A DNA stretch of 61,901 nucleotides, the filler included, from Sandaracinaceae bacterium (lineage in GTDB: Bacteria; Myxococcota_A; Polyangia; Polyangiales; JADJQN01): NCBI GenBank assembly GCA_947483975.1. It is 13 parts of 13 records of this genome, joined end to end, with 100 filler letters (N's around TTAATTAATTAA, not from the genome) between each part and the next. Parts side by side here need not be neighbours in the genome. Positions count along the whole stretch, not along the records: positions 33,702 to 38,362 come from CANKOL010000403.1; positions 38,463 to 43,101 come from CANKOL010000405.1; positions 43,202 to 47,835 come from CANKOL010000406.1; 10 more parts are not named here. One strand, written 5' to 3'. The translations under genes were made by a program, and so were the position numbers. Of this stretch, positions 34,175-43,949 are shown piece by piece. Each line of letters opens with the position of its first letter. Positions within the stretch are counted from its first letter, which is position 1. The notes beneath the pieces are model-generated. The model did not search any database and had not been told where the DNA came from. It was given only the letters and a program-made list of their open reading frames with translations.

Positions 34175-35203
34175 TCAGCCCGCCCCGAGCAGATGCCGCC
34201 GCGCGACCTCCGCCCACGGTCCCGCAGGATCGAGGCGCAGATAGGCTTCCCAGTGCGCGCGCGCCTCCGTCGGGCGCCCGAGCTCCTCGAGCGCCATCGC
34301 GAGGTTGAAGTGCGCGTCCGCGAACGTCGGATCGATCGCGATCGCCCGCCGAAAGCACGCCGCCGCGCCCTCCCCGTCCCCGCGCTCGAACGCGAGAAAG
34401 CCGAGGTTGTAGTAGGCCTCCGGCTGCGCCGAATCGAGCTCGAGCGCGCGCGCGTAGAGGTGCTCGGCTTCCTCTGGGAAGCCGCGCCGAAAGCGCAGAT
34501 TGCCGAGGTTCGTCAGCGCGTTCGCGAGCGCGGGATCGAGCTCGATGGCGAGGCGATACGCAGCCTCGGCGCGGTCGAACGTGACCTCCTCCTCGTCGAG
34601 CCGACAGCCCTCGAGGTAGTGCGCGTACGCCGTGCGCCGCTGCCCCGGCGGCGGCTCACCGGCGCGCAGCACCCGCACGACGTCGTCGCGGAGCGCGCGC
34701 ACGTCGAAGTCGAGCACCAGCTGCCCGGTGAGCGGCTCGAAGCTCCCGTCGTCCCCGCGCACGACGACGCTGTGGCCGTCTGCGACGACGCGCAGCTCCG
34801 CGAGCGGGCGCGTCACGCGCGGCAGCGACGAGCGGAGCGCCTCGACCGACGCGCGCACCTTCGGCAGCGGCACTCCCTGATCGAGCAGCCCCTTCGCGGT
34901 GCGCAGGCCGATCAGATCCTGAAACGTGTAGAGCCGCCGCTTGCCGTCGCGCGCGGACGGGCCGAGAAAACCCGAGCGCTCCCACGAGCGCAGGCGCGTC
35001 TCGGGCACGCCGACGACGCGCGCCGCCTCGGCGGTGCGATAGAGATCGGCCGCCGGGTCCCCCGTGGGCTCGCGCAGCACCGGCTCGTCGTCGAGCTCCG
35101 GCGCGGGCAGCGTCCCAGGCGCCTGCACGCCGAGCGGCGGCCCGCGGCGCCCACCGCCCGGACCGAACGCCACATGGATCACGTTGTCTTTGTCGTTCGT
35201 CAC
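34175..35203 (-). CDS. MerR-type HTH plus TPR protein
   Basis: YRTAEAARVVGV..RLRSWERSG..RRLYTFQDL HTH; C-terminal TPRs (ALTNLG, AYYNLG, AHFNLA). GTG start overlaps the upstream stop. Confidence 0.85.
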   Translation of the reverse strand: MTNDKDNVIHVAFGPGGGRRGPPLGVQAPGTLPAPELDDEPVLREPTGDPAADLYRTAEAARVVGVPETRLRSWERSGFLGPSARDGKRRLYTFQDLIGLRTAKGLLDQGVPLPKVRASVEALRSSLPRVTRPLAELRVVADGHSVVVRGDDGSFEPLTGQLVLDFDVRALRDDVVRVLRAGEPPPGQRRTAYAHYLEGCRLDEEEVTFDRAEAAYRLAIELDPALANALTNLGNLRFRRGFPEEAEHLYARALELDSAQPEAYYNLGFLAFERGDGEGAAACFRRAIAIDPTFADAHFNLAMALEELGRPTEARAHWEAYLRLDPAGPWAEVARRHLLGAG

Positions 35204-35667
35204 CGATGACTCCGGCGGGCAGAGAGTACCGCGAGAGGCGCCTCGAGATCGACGTCGATGCAGAGCGCTCCCGGCCGTAGCCGCGCGCGCACCTCGACCA
35301 GCGCCGTCCCGAGCGCCCAGCCGGGGACGCGCTGCACCGCCTCCGCCCGCGCGAGCCGCAGCGCTCGCAGGTGCACGCGCACGGAGCCCTCGACCAGCCG
35401 CAGCAGCTGCGCGCGCGCGACCTCGTCGAGCGGCCCCCGCCACACCGTCGCGAGGCGCCCGAGGTCGACGGTCAGCATCGTGCTCCCGTAGTACGTCGCG
35501 CGCCCTGCCGCGTCCGCGGACACCGAGCCCTCCGAGAGCAGCCCCGGCGCGGCGAACAGCGCCTCCTCCGCCTCGCGGCTGAGCGCCTCGCCCGTGCGCA
35601 CGACGACGCGCCCGCCGCGCACCGCTCGCGCGAGGCCTTTGAGCTTGGCTGCGCGGGTGGGAGGCAT
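35200..35667 (-). CDS. hypothetical protein
   Basis: 155-aa ORF coupled by GTGA overlap to the MerR-TPR gene; TAGGCT upstream. Confidence 0.65.
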   Translation of the reverse strand: MPPTRAAKLKGLARAVRGGRVVVRTGEALSREAEEALFAAPGLLSEGSVSADAAGRATYYGSTMLTVDLGRLATVWRGPLDEVARAQLLRLVEGSVRVHLRALRLARAEAVQRVPGWALGTALVEVRARLRPGALCIDVDLEAPLAVLSARRSHR

Positions 35668-35768
35668 CTCGAAGCCGAGCCTACAGTCACTTACATTCGA
35701 CCACCAAGTTGTCGGCCGACGCCCGGCGCGGGGAGCGATGCCCGCGCCGAGGTCTATATTGCGGCGCC

Positions 35769-36437
35769 ATGGCCACCCGCTCCGCCTCGACCCCGCCGGC
35801 CACCCGCCCGCTCGCGTTCCTCTCCGACGTGCACGGCAACCTCCCGGCGCTCGACGCGGTGCTCCGCGAGCTTGCCCGCCGCGCGATCACGGACATCTAC
35901 GTCGCCGGCGACCTGCTCTTCGGCGGCGCGGAGCCGCACGAGGTCTGGCTGCGCCTCGTGCAGGTCAACGCGCACCTGACCCGCGGGCCGAGCGACCTCG
36001 CGCTCGCGATGCTCGACCCCGACGCGATCGAGCCCGAGAACGAGCAACAAGAGGAGCGCCTCGCGCTCTTCGAGAAGACGCGCGCCGCCGTCGGTGAGCT
36101 CGTCATCGCGCGGCTTCGTCGCCTGCCCGAGCGCCTCCGCGTCCCGCTCGTCGACGGGAGCGAGCTACTGATGGTGCACGGCTCACCGCTCGATCCGGCG
36201 ACGGACATGGACCACAACCTCGACGACGACGAGCTCCTCGCGCTCGTCGGCGACGACCCCGCCGACATCGTCGTCTGCGGCTCCTCGCACATCGCGTTTC
36301 AGCGCCAGCTCGAGCGCGTGCGCGTCGTCAGCGTCGGCTCCGTCGGGCAGTCCCCCGAGGGACACGTCGCGCACTTCGCCATCCTGACGCCGCGCGCCGA
36401 CGGCACCCTCGTCGAGCAGGCGTTCGTCGAGTACTGA
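35769..36437 (+). CDS. metallophosphoesterase family protein with degenerate metal site
   Basis: SDVHGN, AGDLL and VHGSP present; GN and GHxH motifs altered. Confidence 0.85.
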   Translation: MATRSASTPPATRPLAFLSDVHGNLPALDAVLRELARRAITDIYVAGDLLFGGAEPHEVWLRLVQVNAHLTRGPSDLALAMLDPDAIEPENEQQEERLALFEKTRAAVGELVIARLRRLPERLRVPLVDGSELLMVHGSPLDPATDMDHNLDDDELLALVGDDPADIVVCGSSHIAFQRQLERVRVVSVGSVGQSPEGHVAHFAILTPRADGTLVEQAFVEY

Positions 36438-36500
36438 GCCGCGCAGAGACGCTGCGGCTGCGCGCTGCTGCGCGGCCTTGCGTGCCTGCGCGGGGATCGA

Positions 36501-37802
36501 CTACTGCGCAGCGGCCTGGGACGGCGGCGGCTCGCTCGGCTCGTCCTTCACGCGGCGCACGACCTCGACCCGACGCACGCGCCGACGGTCCGCGTCGCGC
36601 ACGATGATGTCGAGCTCCCCGACGGTGATGGTCTCGTTCTCTGCGGGCACGCGCCCCGCCTTGTCGACGACGAGCCCACCGACCGAGTCGTACTCGCCCT
36701 CCGCCTCGGGAAGCTCGACGCCGATCGCGTCCTGCATGTCGTAGATGGAGAGCGTCGCGTCGACGAGGTAGCGCCCCGGCGCGATCTGCTCGACGCGCGG
36801 CTCGTCGGTGTCGTGCTCGTCGCGGATCTCGCCGACGATCTCCTCGAGGATGTCCTCGAGCGTCACGATGCCCGCCGTCCCGCCGAACTCGTCGACGACG
36901 ATGGCGAGGTGCACGCGCTTCGCCTGCATCTGCCGCAGCAAGTCCCCGATCTTCTGCGTCTCGGCGACGAAGAAGACCGGCGTGCGCACGAGCGCCGCGA
37001 TGGAGCCGTTCGCCCGCGTCGTGCCCGCGCGCTCGAGCTGAAAGAGATCCTTCGCGTAGAGCACGCCGACGACCTGATCCGGGCGCCCGCGGTAGACCGG
37101 ATAGCGGCTGTGGCCGGCGTCCTTGACGAGGTCGAGCACCTTCTCGAACGGCGTCTCGCGCTCGATCGCGACGACCTGCGTCCGCGGCACCATGATCTCG
37201 CGCGCGACGGTGTCCTTGAACTCGAGCACGCCGCGCAGCAGGTCCGCGTGCGACGACAGGATCGAGCCGCTCTCCTCCGCCTGGTCGATGACGCTCTCGA
37301 CCTCGAGGTCGACCATCTTCTCGGCGTGCGCTGCGCTCTGATGGCGCGGCGCGGGGATCAGCCGGTCGACGAGCGCCGCGATCCACGCGAGCGGTACGGC
37401 GATCGGCACCATCAGCAGCTCGAGCGGGCGAAACCACTTGAGCAGCGGCAAGGCGAAGCGCAGCGCGTACTTGCGCGTGAGCGTGCTCAGCACCTCGACG
37501 AGCGCGCCGTAGAAGAGCACGACGCCGAGCGTCGCGCCGACCAGCGCCGAGAGCCCGTGCGGGGCGGCGACGTCTGCGGTGAGCATCGCCGCGAAGCAGA
37601 TGCAGACGACGCGCCCGGCGAGCAAGCGCGCGCGGATCGCCTCTTCGCGGTCGAGGAGGCGCGCGGCCGTCCCGGCGAGGTCTCCGCCCTCATCCCGGAC
37701 GGCGCGCGCGGGCACGTCTCCGAGCTCGAGGAGGGCAGCATCTACGGCTGAATAAACGGCGCCGAGCAGCAGGAGCCCGGGCACACCTGCGACGACGAGC
37801 AT
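36501..37802 (-). CDS. HlyC/CorC (CNNM-CBS-CorC) family protein
   Basis: TM region, AREIMVPR, GHSRYPVY, VVDEFGGTAGIVTLEDILEEIVGEIRDEHD. Confidence 0.92.
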   Translation of the reverse strand: MLVVAGVPGLLLLGAVYSAVDAALLELGDVPARAVRDEGGDLAGTAARLLDREEAIRARLLAGRVVCICFAAMLTADVAAPHGLSALVGATLGVVLFYGALVEVLSTLTRKYALRFALPLLKWFRPLELLMVPIAVPLAWIAALVDRLIPAPRHQSAAHAEKMVDLEVESVIDQAEESGSILSSHADLLRGVLEFKDTVAREIMVPRTQVVAIERETPFEKVLDLVKDAGHSRYPVYRGRPDQVVGVLYAKDLFQLERAGTTRANGSIAALVRTPVFFVAETQKIGDLLRQMQAKRVHLAIVVDEFGGTAGIVTLEDILEEIVGEIRDEHDTDEPRVEQIAPGRYLVDATLSIYDMQDAIGVELPEAEGEYDSVGGLVVDKAGRVPAENETITVGELDIIVRDADRRRVRRVEVVRRVKDEPSEPPPSQAAAQ

Positions 37803-37869
37803 ACTTGGAGGCACTGAACGGCCAAGGCTAGTGCGGCCGCAGCGCAGCCGCAAGAGGCGGCCCCCGGCG

Positions 37870-38362
37870 CTACCTGCCGAAGCGAATCGCGCCGGCTTCG
37901 TAGAGCTCGACGAACGTCTTGAGCGCCTCGAGGCGAGGCATCCCGCTGATGTCGAGGACCTCCTCGAGCGTCGCCGCGCCGTCGATGCGCGAGAGCAGAA
38001 AGCCCGCGCGATGATCGAGCCCGAGCCAGCGGATGTCGTTCTCCCGGACGGCGACGATCGGCACGCGCGTCAGCGCGCCGATGCGCGACGAGTACAGATG
38101 CTCGAGCCGCTCGCGGGAGGCCGCAGCGCACACGAGCGCGACGGAGTTCTCCGGATCGCGCCCGAGCAGAAGCTCAGCGACGAAGAGCGCCCCGGTGAAG
38201 TCGCCGAGCGCGAAGCGGTCGTTCATCTCGCCGCTCATGTCGACCTGCTGCAGGGACGGCTTGCTGCGGTCGATCAGGTCGAGCGCGTGCCCGTGCCCGG
38301 GAGGCGGCGGCACGCTCGGCGCGCGGGGCACGCGGATCTGGCGCGTCGGGCGCAGAGGCGCG
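37870..38362 (-). CDS. hypothetical protein, C-terminal part (winged-helix-like end)
   Basis: LDHRAGFLLSRIDG..TLEEVLDISGM; open to the contig edge. Confidence 0.7.
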
Positions 38363-38462
38363 NNNNNNNNNNNNNNNNNNNNNNNNNNNNNNNNNNNNNN
38401 NNNNNNTTAATTAATTAANNNNNNNNNNNNNNNNNNNNNNNNNNNNNNNNNNNNNNNNNNNN
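38363..38462. other. artificial contig linker
   Basis: N44-TTAATTAATTAA-N44. Confidence 0.99.
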
Positions 38463-38464
38463 CG

Positions 38465-38647
38465 CTGATGGAGCGCGTGATGCACCTCAAGGCGACGGGT
38501 GACCGCCCCGCAGCCGAGGCGCTCGCCGCGCTCTACGTCGACGGGCCGCGCGTGCCGCAGGCGGCCATCGTCGACCGCTACAAGAGCTTCCCGCAGGGGA
38601 GCTTCGTGTACGCCGTGACGGTGCCGGGCGCCGCGGCGCAGCCATGA
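38465..38647 (+). CDS. C-terminal fragment, possibly peptidase M49-like
   Basis: LMERVMHLKATGDRPAAEALAALY...; ATGA overlap with the OPT gene. Confidence 0.45.
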   Translation: MMERVMHLKATGDRPAAEALAALYVDGPRVPQAAIVDRYKSFPQGSFVYAVTVPGAAAQP

Positions 38648-40581
38648 GCACGGAGACTTCCACGCCCGCGACGTCGGACCCCGAGGCGCGCTGGCTGCGG
38701 GAGGTCTATCAGGGCCACAGCACTCGGCAGCTGACGGTGCGCGCCGTCGTCGCGGGGATGCTCCTCGGCGGCGTGATGTCGCTCTCGAACCTCTACATCG
38801 CGCTGAAGACCGGGTGGAGCTTCGGCGTGACGATCACGGCGGGGATCCTCGCGTTCGTGATCTTCGGCGTGCTGAAGAAGCTGCGCCTCGCGCGCACCGA
38901 GTTCGGGATGCTCGAGAACAACGCGATGCAGTCGGTGGCGAGCGCCGCGGGCTACATGACGGGCGGCGGCACGGTGGCGGCGATGCCCGCGCTGATGATG
39001 GCGACGCACTCCGTCATCCCTTGGTATGTGTTCTTCCTGTGGATCGCCACCGTCGCGATGATGGGCGTGTTCATGGCCATCCCGATGAAGCGGCAGATGA
39101 TCAACCAAGAGGGGCTGAAGTTCCCCTCGGGCATCGCCGCCGCGGAGACGCTCCGCGGGCTTCACCCCGAGGAAGCCGCCGCGATGGACCGGCACCGCGA
39201 CGAGGCGCGGCGCAAGTACGCGAGTGACGCCGAGCATCCGGCGAGCGACGTCGCGGACGCGTCCGCGGCGAGCAGCGGGGACGCCGCCGTCGCGGGCAAG
39301 GCGCTGCTCTGGGCGGGCTTGGTCGGGGTCGTGTTCACCTGGCTCCGCGAGGCGAAGGCGAGCTGGCTGCCGAGCTTCCATCTGCCGTCGGAGATCGAGT
39401 TCCCGTTCAAGCTCGGCGGCGTCGCGGCGAGCAAGTGGACCATCTCGCTCGACACCTCGCTCTTGCTCGTCGCGGCGGGCGCGATCATGGGCTGGCGCTC
39501 GGCGTGGAGCATGATGCTCGGGGCGGTCGTCAACTACTTCGCGCTCGCGCCCTACGGCGTCGCGACGGGCGCCATCGCCGAGGTGAAGTACCGCGCGATC
39601 GTCGGGTGGACGGTGTGGTTCGGCTCGTCGTTCTTGCTGACCTCGGGGCTGCTCTCGTTCGCGTTCTCGTGGCGGCAGATCGCGCGCGCGTTCGGGGACC
39701 TCGGCAGGCTCTTCGGCAAGAGCAGCGGCACGGACAGCGCCGACCCCCTCGCGAGCGTCGAGGTGCCGATGAAGTGGTTCGTGCTCGGCATGGCGGCGTT
39801 CAGCCCGCTCGTCGCGGTGCTCGCGTGGCTGTTCTTCGGCATCGCGTGGTGGATGAGCGCCATCTGCGTCGTGATGTCGTTCTTCATCGCCATCGTCGCG
39901 TGTCGCGCGACGGGCGAGACGGACACGACGCCGACGGGCGCGCTCGGCAAGATCACGCAGCTGACGTTCGGCGGGCTCGCGCCCGGGAGCATCCCCACCA
40001 ACCTGATGTGCGCGTCGATGAGCGCGGGGGTCGCGATTCACTCGGCGGATATGCTCACCGACCTGAAGTCGGGGTATCTGCTCGGCGCCAAGCCGCGGCA
40101 GCAGTTCTTCGCGCAGTTCTTCGGGGTGATCGCGGGCTCTGCGTTCGTCGTGCCGGCGTTTCGGCTGCTCGTGCCGAACGAGTCGGTGATCGGGACCCCC
40201 GCCGTGCCCGCGCCCGCCGCGCTCGCGTGGTTCGCCGTCTCGAGCGCGCTCGCCCGCGGGCTCGGGGAGCTATCGCCGAGCGCGCGCGTGCTGATCGTCG
40301 CGGGCGGGATCCTCGGCATCGTGTTCGTCCTCGCCGAGCGGCTGTTCCCGAAGGCGAAGCCGTACATCCCGTCGGCGGTGGGGTTCGGGCTCGCGTTCAC
40401 GCTGAGCTTCTCGAACGTGCTCTCGATGTTCCTCGGGGCGCTGCTCGCCCTCGCGCTCGCGGCGCGCAAGCCGCGCCTCGCCGAGCGCTTCACCGTGCCG
40501 GTGTCGTCGGGGATCATCGCGGGCGAGTCGCTCGTCGGCATCGCCATCAAGGCGCTGGTGATCTTCAAGCTGCTCGAGTGA
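38644..40581 (+). CDS. OPT family oligopeptide transporter
   Basis: QLTVRAVVAG, LYIALKTGW, ENNAMQSVASA, LKFPSGIAAAE, DLKSGYLLGAKPR, SGIIAGES. Confidence 0.95.
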   Translation: MSTETSTPATSDPEARWLREVYQGHSTRQLTVRAVVAGMLLGGVMSLSNLYIALKTGWSFGVTITAGILAFVIFGVLKKLRLARTEFGMLENNAMQSVASAAGYMTGGGTVAAMPALMMATHSVIPWYVFFLWIATVAMMGVFMAIPMKRQMINQEGLKFPSGIAAAETLRGLHPEEAAAMDRHRDEARRKYASDAEHPASDVADASAASSGDAAVAGKALLWAGLVGVVFTWLREAKASWLPSFHLPSEIEFPFKLGGVAASKWTISLDTSLLLVAAGAIMGWRSAWSMMLGAVVNYFALAPYGVATGAIAEVKYRAIVGWTVWFGSSFLLTSGLLSFAFSWRQIARAFGDLGRLFGKSSGTDSADPLASVEVPMKWFVLGMAAFSPLVAVLAWLFFGIAWWMSAICVVMSFFIAIVACRATGETDTTPTGALGKITQLTFGGLAPGSIPTNLMCASMSAGVAIHSADMLTDLKSGYLLGAKPRQQFFAQFFGVIAGSAFVVPAFRLLVPNESVIGTPAVPAPAALAWFAVSSALARGLGELSPSARVLIVAGGILGIVFVLAERLFPKAKPYIPSAVGFGLAFTLSFSNVLSMFLGALLALALAARKPRLAERFTVPVSSGIIAGESLVGIAIKALVIFKLLE

Positions 40582-40686
40582 ACCCCGCACAGATAATTCT
40601 TTCCGGGTGGCAGAAAGATTGAAACGCTGAGGCCGCGGCTCCGACCGACGACGACCGCCAACATCGCGGGAGGAGACGGCAACGCC

Positions 40687-42486
40687 ATGTCCGGGATGGA
40701 GTCTGTTCTTCAGCTCGTCGACGAGCGCGCGGATGACCTGGACGCGCCCCTCGAGTCGGAGATTCGTCCTCTGAAGGGGCAGTCCGAGCCCGACGCCGGA
40801 GTCGCGGCGGCGAGGCGCGGGAACGCTCTGTTCGCGGCCGTCCTGCGGCAGTCGCCCCTTTACCTCTACGTCAAGGAGGTCACGCCGACGGAGAGCCGCA
40901 CGGTGCGGGCGAGCGACAACATCGGGGAGCTGACGGGCGTCCCGGCGGCGCAGATGGTCGGGCGGACCATGGAGGGGCTGTTCCCGGCCGACTTCGCAGC
41001 CGCGATCACGCGCGACGACTGGGACGTCGTGTCGAGCGGGCAGGTGCGCCTGCTGGAGGAGAGCCTCCGAGGGCGCATCTACCAGACGATCAAGTTCCCC
41101 CTGGCGGTCGGCGACGAGACGCTGCTCGCGGGCTACACGCTCGACATCACCGCGCAGCGCGCGGCGGAGGACGCGCTGCGCCGAGCAGAGGACGCGCAGC
41201 GGCGGGCAGAGGACGCGCGGCGGCGGCGGGCGGAGGACGCGCAGCGGCGGGCAGAGGATTCGCAGCGGCAGGCAGAGGACGCGCAGCGGCGGGCAGAGGA
41301 CTCGCAGCGCGCGCTCGAGCAGCTGATGCTGCAGGCGAGGCGGCGAGAGGGGTTGAGCATCCTGGCGACAGGGATCTCGCAGCAGCTCAACGATCTGCTC
41401 ACTACCGCGCGAGGGAACCTGGAGCTCGCGCGCGCCGGGGCGAGCCCCGCCGTGGATGCGCTCTTGGCGGAGGCGGAGGACGCGGTGCGGCAGGCAGCCG
41501 GCGTCAGCGGCAGCATCGTGACCTCCCTCGGGCACGCGCGGACCGAGCGGCAGCCTCGTCACCTCGGGGTCGAGCTGGCGACGATGCTGCCCCTCCTCCG
41601 CGCGGCGGCCCCGCCCGGGGTGAACATCGTCCTCGAGGACGGGAGCGCCCCTCCGATCTGCGCGGTCGACGCCGCCGCTTTCCAGAGGCTCGTGGTGGTC
41701 CTCGTGACCAACGCCTGGGAAGCCATCGGCGCGAGGGGTGGGACCGTACGCATTGGCATGCAGTCCGTGGCGGCTCCGGCTGACGGCGGGGACGCGGCGG
41801 AGGCAGCGAAGGAGGGCGCCTGGGCGCGCCTCGAGATCCGCGACGACGGGCCCGGGATGGACCGCGAGACCCGCGCGCAGGCGTTCGAGCGGCTGTTCAC
41901 GAACAAGCCGCTCGGGCACGGCCTCGGCCTGCGCCTGGCCCAGCGCATCGTCGCGGCGCACGGCGGGGTGCTCACCCTCGACAGCGCGCCCGGGCTCGGG
42001 ACGACGGTGAGGGGCTACTTCCCCGAGTGCACGACCGCCAAGGCGGCGCTCCCGCTAGGGGAGGCCAGAGAGCCAGAGCCCGCGCAGGGCGCACACCAGG
42101 GCGCGCCCGCGGGCGCGGTGCTCCTCGTCGATGACGCCCCCGCCGTGCGCAGGGCGAACCGGCGGATGCTCTCGCGGCTCGGCCTCGAGGTGATCGAGGT
42201 CGGGAGCGGCGCCGCGGCGCTGGAGGCCTTCGCCACGCGGGGCGCGGAGATCGGGAGCGTGCTGCTCGACCTGAACCTGCCCGACATGGATGGCTGGCGG
42301 GTGCTGGCGTCGCTGCGCCATCTGCGGCCGGACGTCTTCGTCGTCGTGGCGAGCGGCTACGAGCTTGCGAGGCTGCGCCACGGGTTCCGCGACGACCACC
42401 CTGACGGCTGGCTGCAGAAGCCGTACCCGCTTGCGGACCTCGCCGCGCTGTTCGCGCCGACGCGAGCGCTGCTGGCGCCAGCGTGA
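40687..42486 (+). CDS. PAS-containing hybrid sensor kinase/response regulator with degenerate H-box
   Basis: PAS/PAC; N-box LVTNAWEA, G1 DDGPGM, G2 GHGLGL; receiver LLVDD..LLDLNLP..QKP. H-box reads GISQQLN. Confidence 0.88.
   Translation: MSGMESVLQLVDERADDLDAPLESEIRPLKGQSEPDAGVAAARRGNALFAAVLRQSPLYLYVKEVTPTESRTVRASDNIGELTGVPAAQMVGRTMEGLFPADFAAAITRDDWDVVSSGQVRLLEESLRGRIYQTIKFPLAVGDETLLAGYTLDITAQRAAEDALRRAEDAQRRAEDARRRRAEDAQRRAEDSQRQAEDAQRRAEDSQRALEQLMLQARRREGLSILATGISQQLNDLLTTARGNLELARAGASPAVDALLAEAEDAVRQAAGVSGSIVTSLGHARTERQPRHLGVELATMLPLLRAAAPPGVNIVLEDGSAPPICAVDAAAFQRLVVVLVTNAWEAIGARGGTVRIGMQSVAAPADGGDAAEAAKEGAWARLEIRDDGPGMDRETRAQAFERLFTNKPLGHGLGLRLAQRIVAAHGGVLTLDSAPGLGTTVRGYFPECTTAKAALPLGEAREPEPAQGAHQGAPAGAVLLVDDAPAVRRANRRMLSRLGLEVIEVGSGAAALEAFATRGAEIGSVLLDLNLPDMDGWRVLASLRHLRPDVFVVVASGYELARLRHGFRDDHPDGWLQKPYPLADLAALFAPTRALLAPA
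41164..41310 (+). repeat. 21-bp tandem repeat x7 encoding AEDAQRR heptads
   Basis: GCAGAGGACGCGCAGCGGCGG-type units; one unit has an extra codon. Confidence 0.9.
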
Positions 42487-43101
42487 GGCGCACCGAGGGG
42501 ACGCGCTCGAGGGCGGCGCTCGTCGGCGCGCTGTGGGGAGTCGCGCTGCTCGCGCAGGGCTGCGCGAAGGACGCCGCGCAGGCGGTCGACGCGTCGGTCG
42601 TGGACGGCAGCGTGACCGACGCTGCCCCCCGCGACGCTGCCCCCGGCGACGCTGCCCCGGGGGAGCCGCCCGCGTGCACCGGAGACGGCGCCTGGCTCGG
42701 CGCGCTGCGCGGCCGGGACCCGACCGTGCAGAGCGTGCTGATCGCGCCGGGGGTCGCGTGGAGCGACCTGCGCGCCGCGCTCGAGAGCAGCGCAGCCCCG
42801 CAGATGACATCGGTCGCCTCGACGATCCGCGCTCAGGCGCTGCGTGCCGCGCCCGCGCTCACCCCGGCGGGCACTCCGGTCTATCAGTCCCTCGCGTCGC
42901 ACGCCCTCGCCTGCGCGTGGGTCGGCTGGCTCGAGGACGACGCGCCGATGCGCGACGCCGCCCTCGCGGACCTCGAGACGGCGGGCGTCGACCCGACGTT
43001 CTGGTCGGGCGCAGACGAGGTCCCGATCCGCGTCGGCGCCTCGCTCGTCGCGCTCGCGGGCGCGGTCGATCTCCTCGGCGCGGCGGACCCTGCGCGGCTC
43101 C
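42483..43101 (+). CDS. putative lipoprotein, 3' partial
   Basis: Lipobox AQGC; three 15-bp DAAP(R/G) repeats at 42618-42662. Confidence 0.65.
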
Positions 43102-43201
43102 NNNNNNNNNNNNNNNNNNNNNNNNNNNNNNNNNNNNNNNNNNNNTTAATTAATTAANNNNNNNNNNNNNNNNNNNNNNNNNNNNNNNNNNNNNNNNNNN
43201 N
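43102..43201. other. artificial contig linker
   Basis: N44-TTAATTAATTAA-N44. Confidence 0.99.
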
Positions 43202-43777
43202 GAGGCCGCGCGCGAGGGCTCCGCGACGCCCGACCCGGCCGACCTGCTCTTCCCCGTCGCCGGCGGCGACCTCTGGCGCGGCTATGGCGCGACGCGACGC
43301 GGTCGGCGCCGCCACAACCACCAGGGCATCGACATCGGCGCCTCGTCCGGCACGCCGTTTCGCTCGGTGAACGACGGCATCGTCGGCTACGCCGACAACG
43401 GCCTGCGCGGCTACGGCAACCTGCTGATGGTCGTGCACCCCGACGCGAGCACGACGTTCTATGGGCACTGCCGCGCGATCTACGTCTTCCCCGGACAGCG
43501 CGTCCGGCGCGGGCAGGTGCTCGGTGAGGTCGGCGCGACGGGCTTCGCGCGGGGCGAGCACCTGCACTTCGAGTGGCACTCCGGCGGCGCCGGGCGAAAC
43601 CCGCTCGCGCACTTCGCGGCCCTGCCGCCCGGCGTCACGCCGACGGCGTCACAGCTCGAGGAGCGCAGCCTCCCGCTCGATCGCTCCGTGTTCCACCACC
43701 CGCGACACCGCCGCCATGGTCGCTCGCCCGCCGCGCCCGCCGCGCCAACCCGCCCACGTTCACGGCGCGCACCGTGA
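43202..43777 (+). CDS. M23 family metallopeptidase, 5' partial
   Basis: HQGID (HxxxD), GYGN, YGH, HLHFE. Confidence 0.88.
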   Translation, partial: EAAREGSATPDPADLLFPVAGGDLWRGYGATRRGRRRHNHQGIDIGASSGTPFRSVNDGIVGYADNGLRGYGNLLMVVHPDASTTFYGHCRAIYVFPGQRVRRGQVLGEVGATGFARGEHLHFEWHSGGAGRNPLAHFAALPPGVTPTASQLEERSLPLDRSVFHHPRHRRHGRSPAAPAAPTRPRSRRAP

Positions 43778-43863
43778 ACCCGCCTTCACGATCGGCAGTC
43801 CAGGCGCCGCCCGCGATCCGCGCAGACGCCGCAGAACCTCGCGCGGGCGCCAGAACTTCCTCA

Positions 43864-43879
43864 TGGCACGCTCGTCGCA
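43864..43879 (+). promoter_or_regulatory. sigma54 promoter
   Basis: TGGCACG-CTCG-TCGCA upstream of the Cys-rich lipoprotein. Confidence 0.55.
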
Positions 43880-43949
43880 TTAGCCGCCCCCGTACACGAC
43901 AGTTCGAATCGACCCACAGCTCGCATTGAACGAGCAGAGGCGTGCCGAA

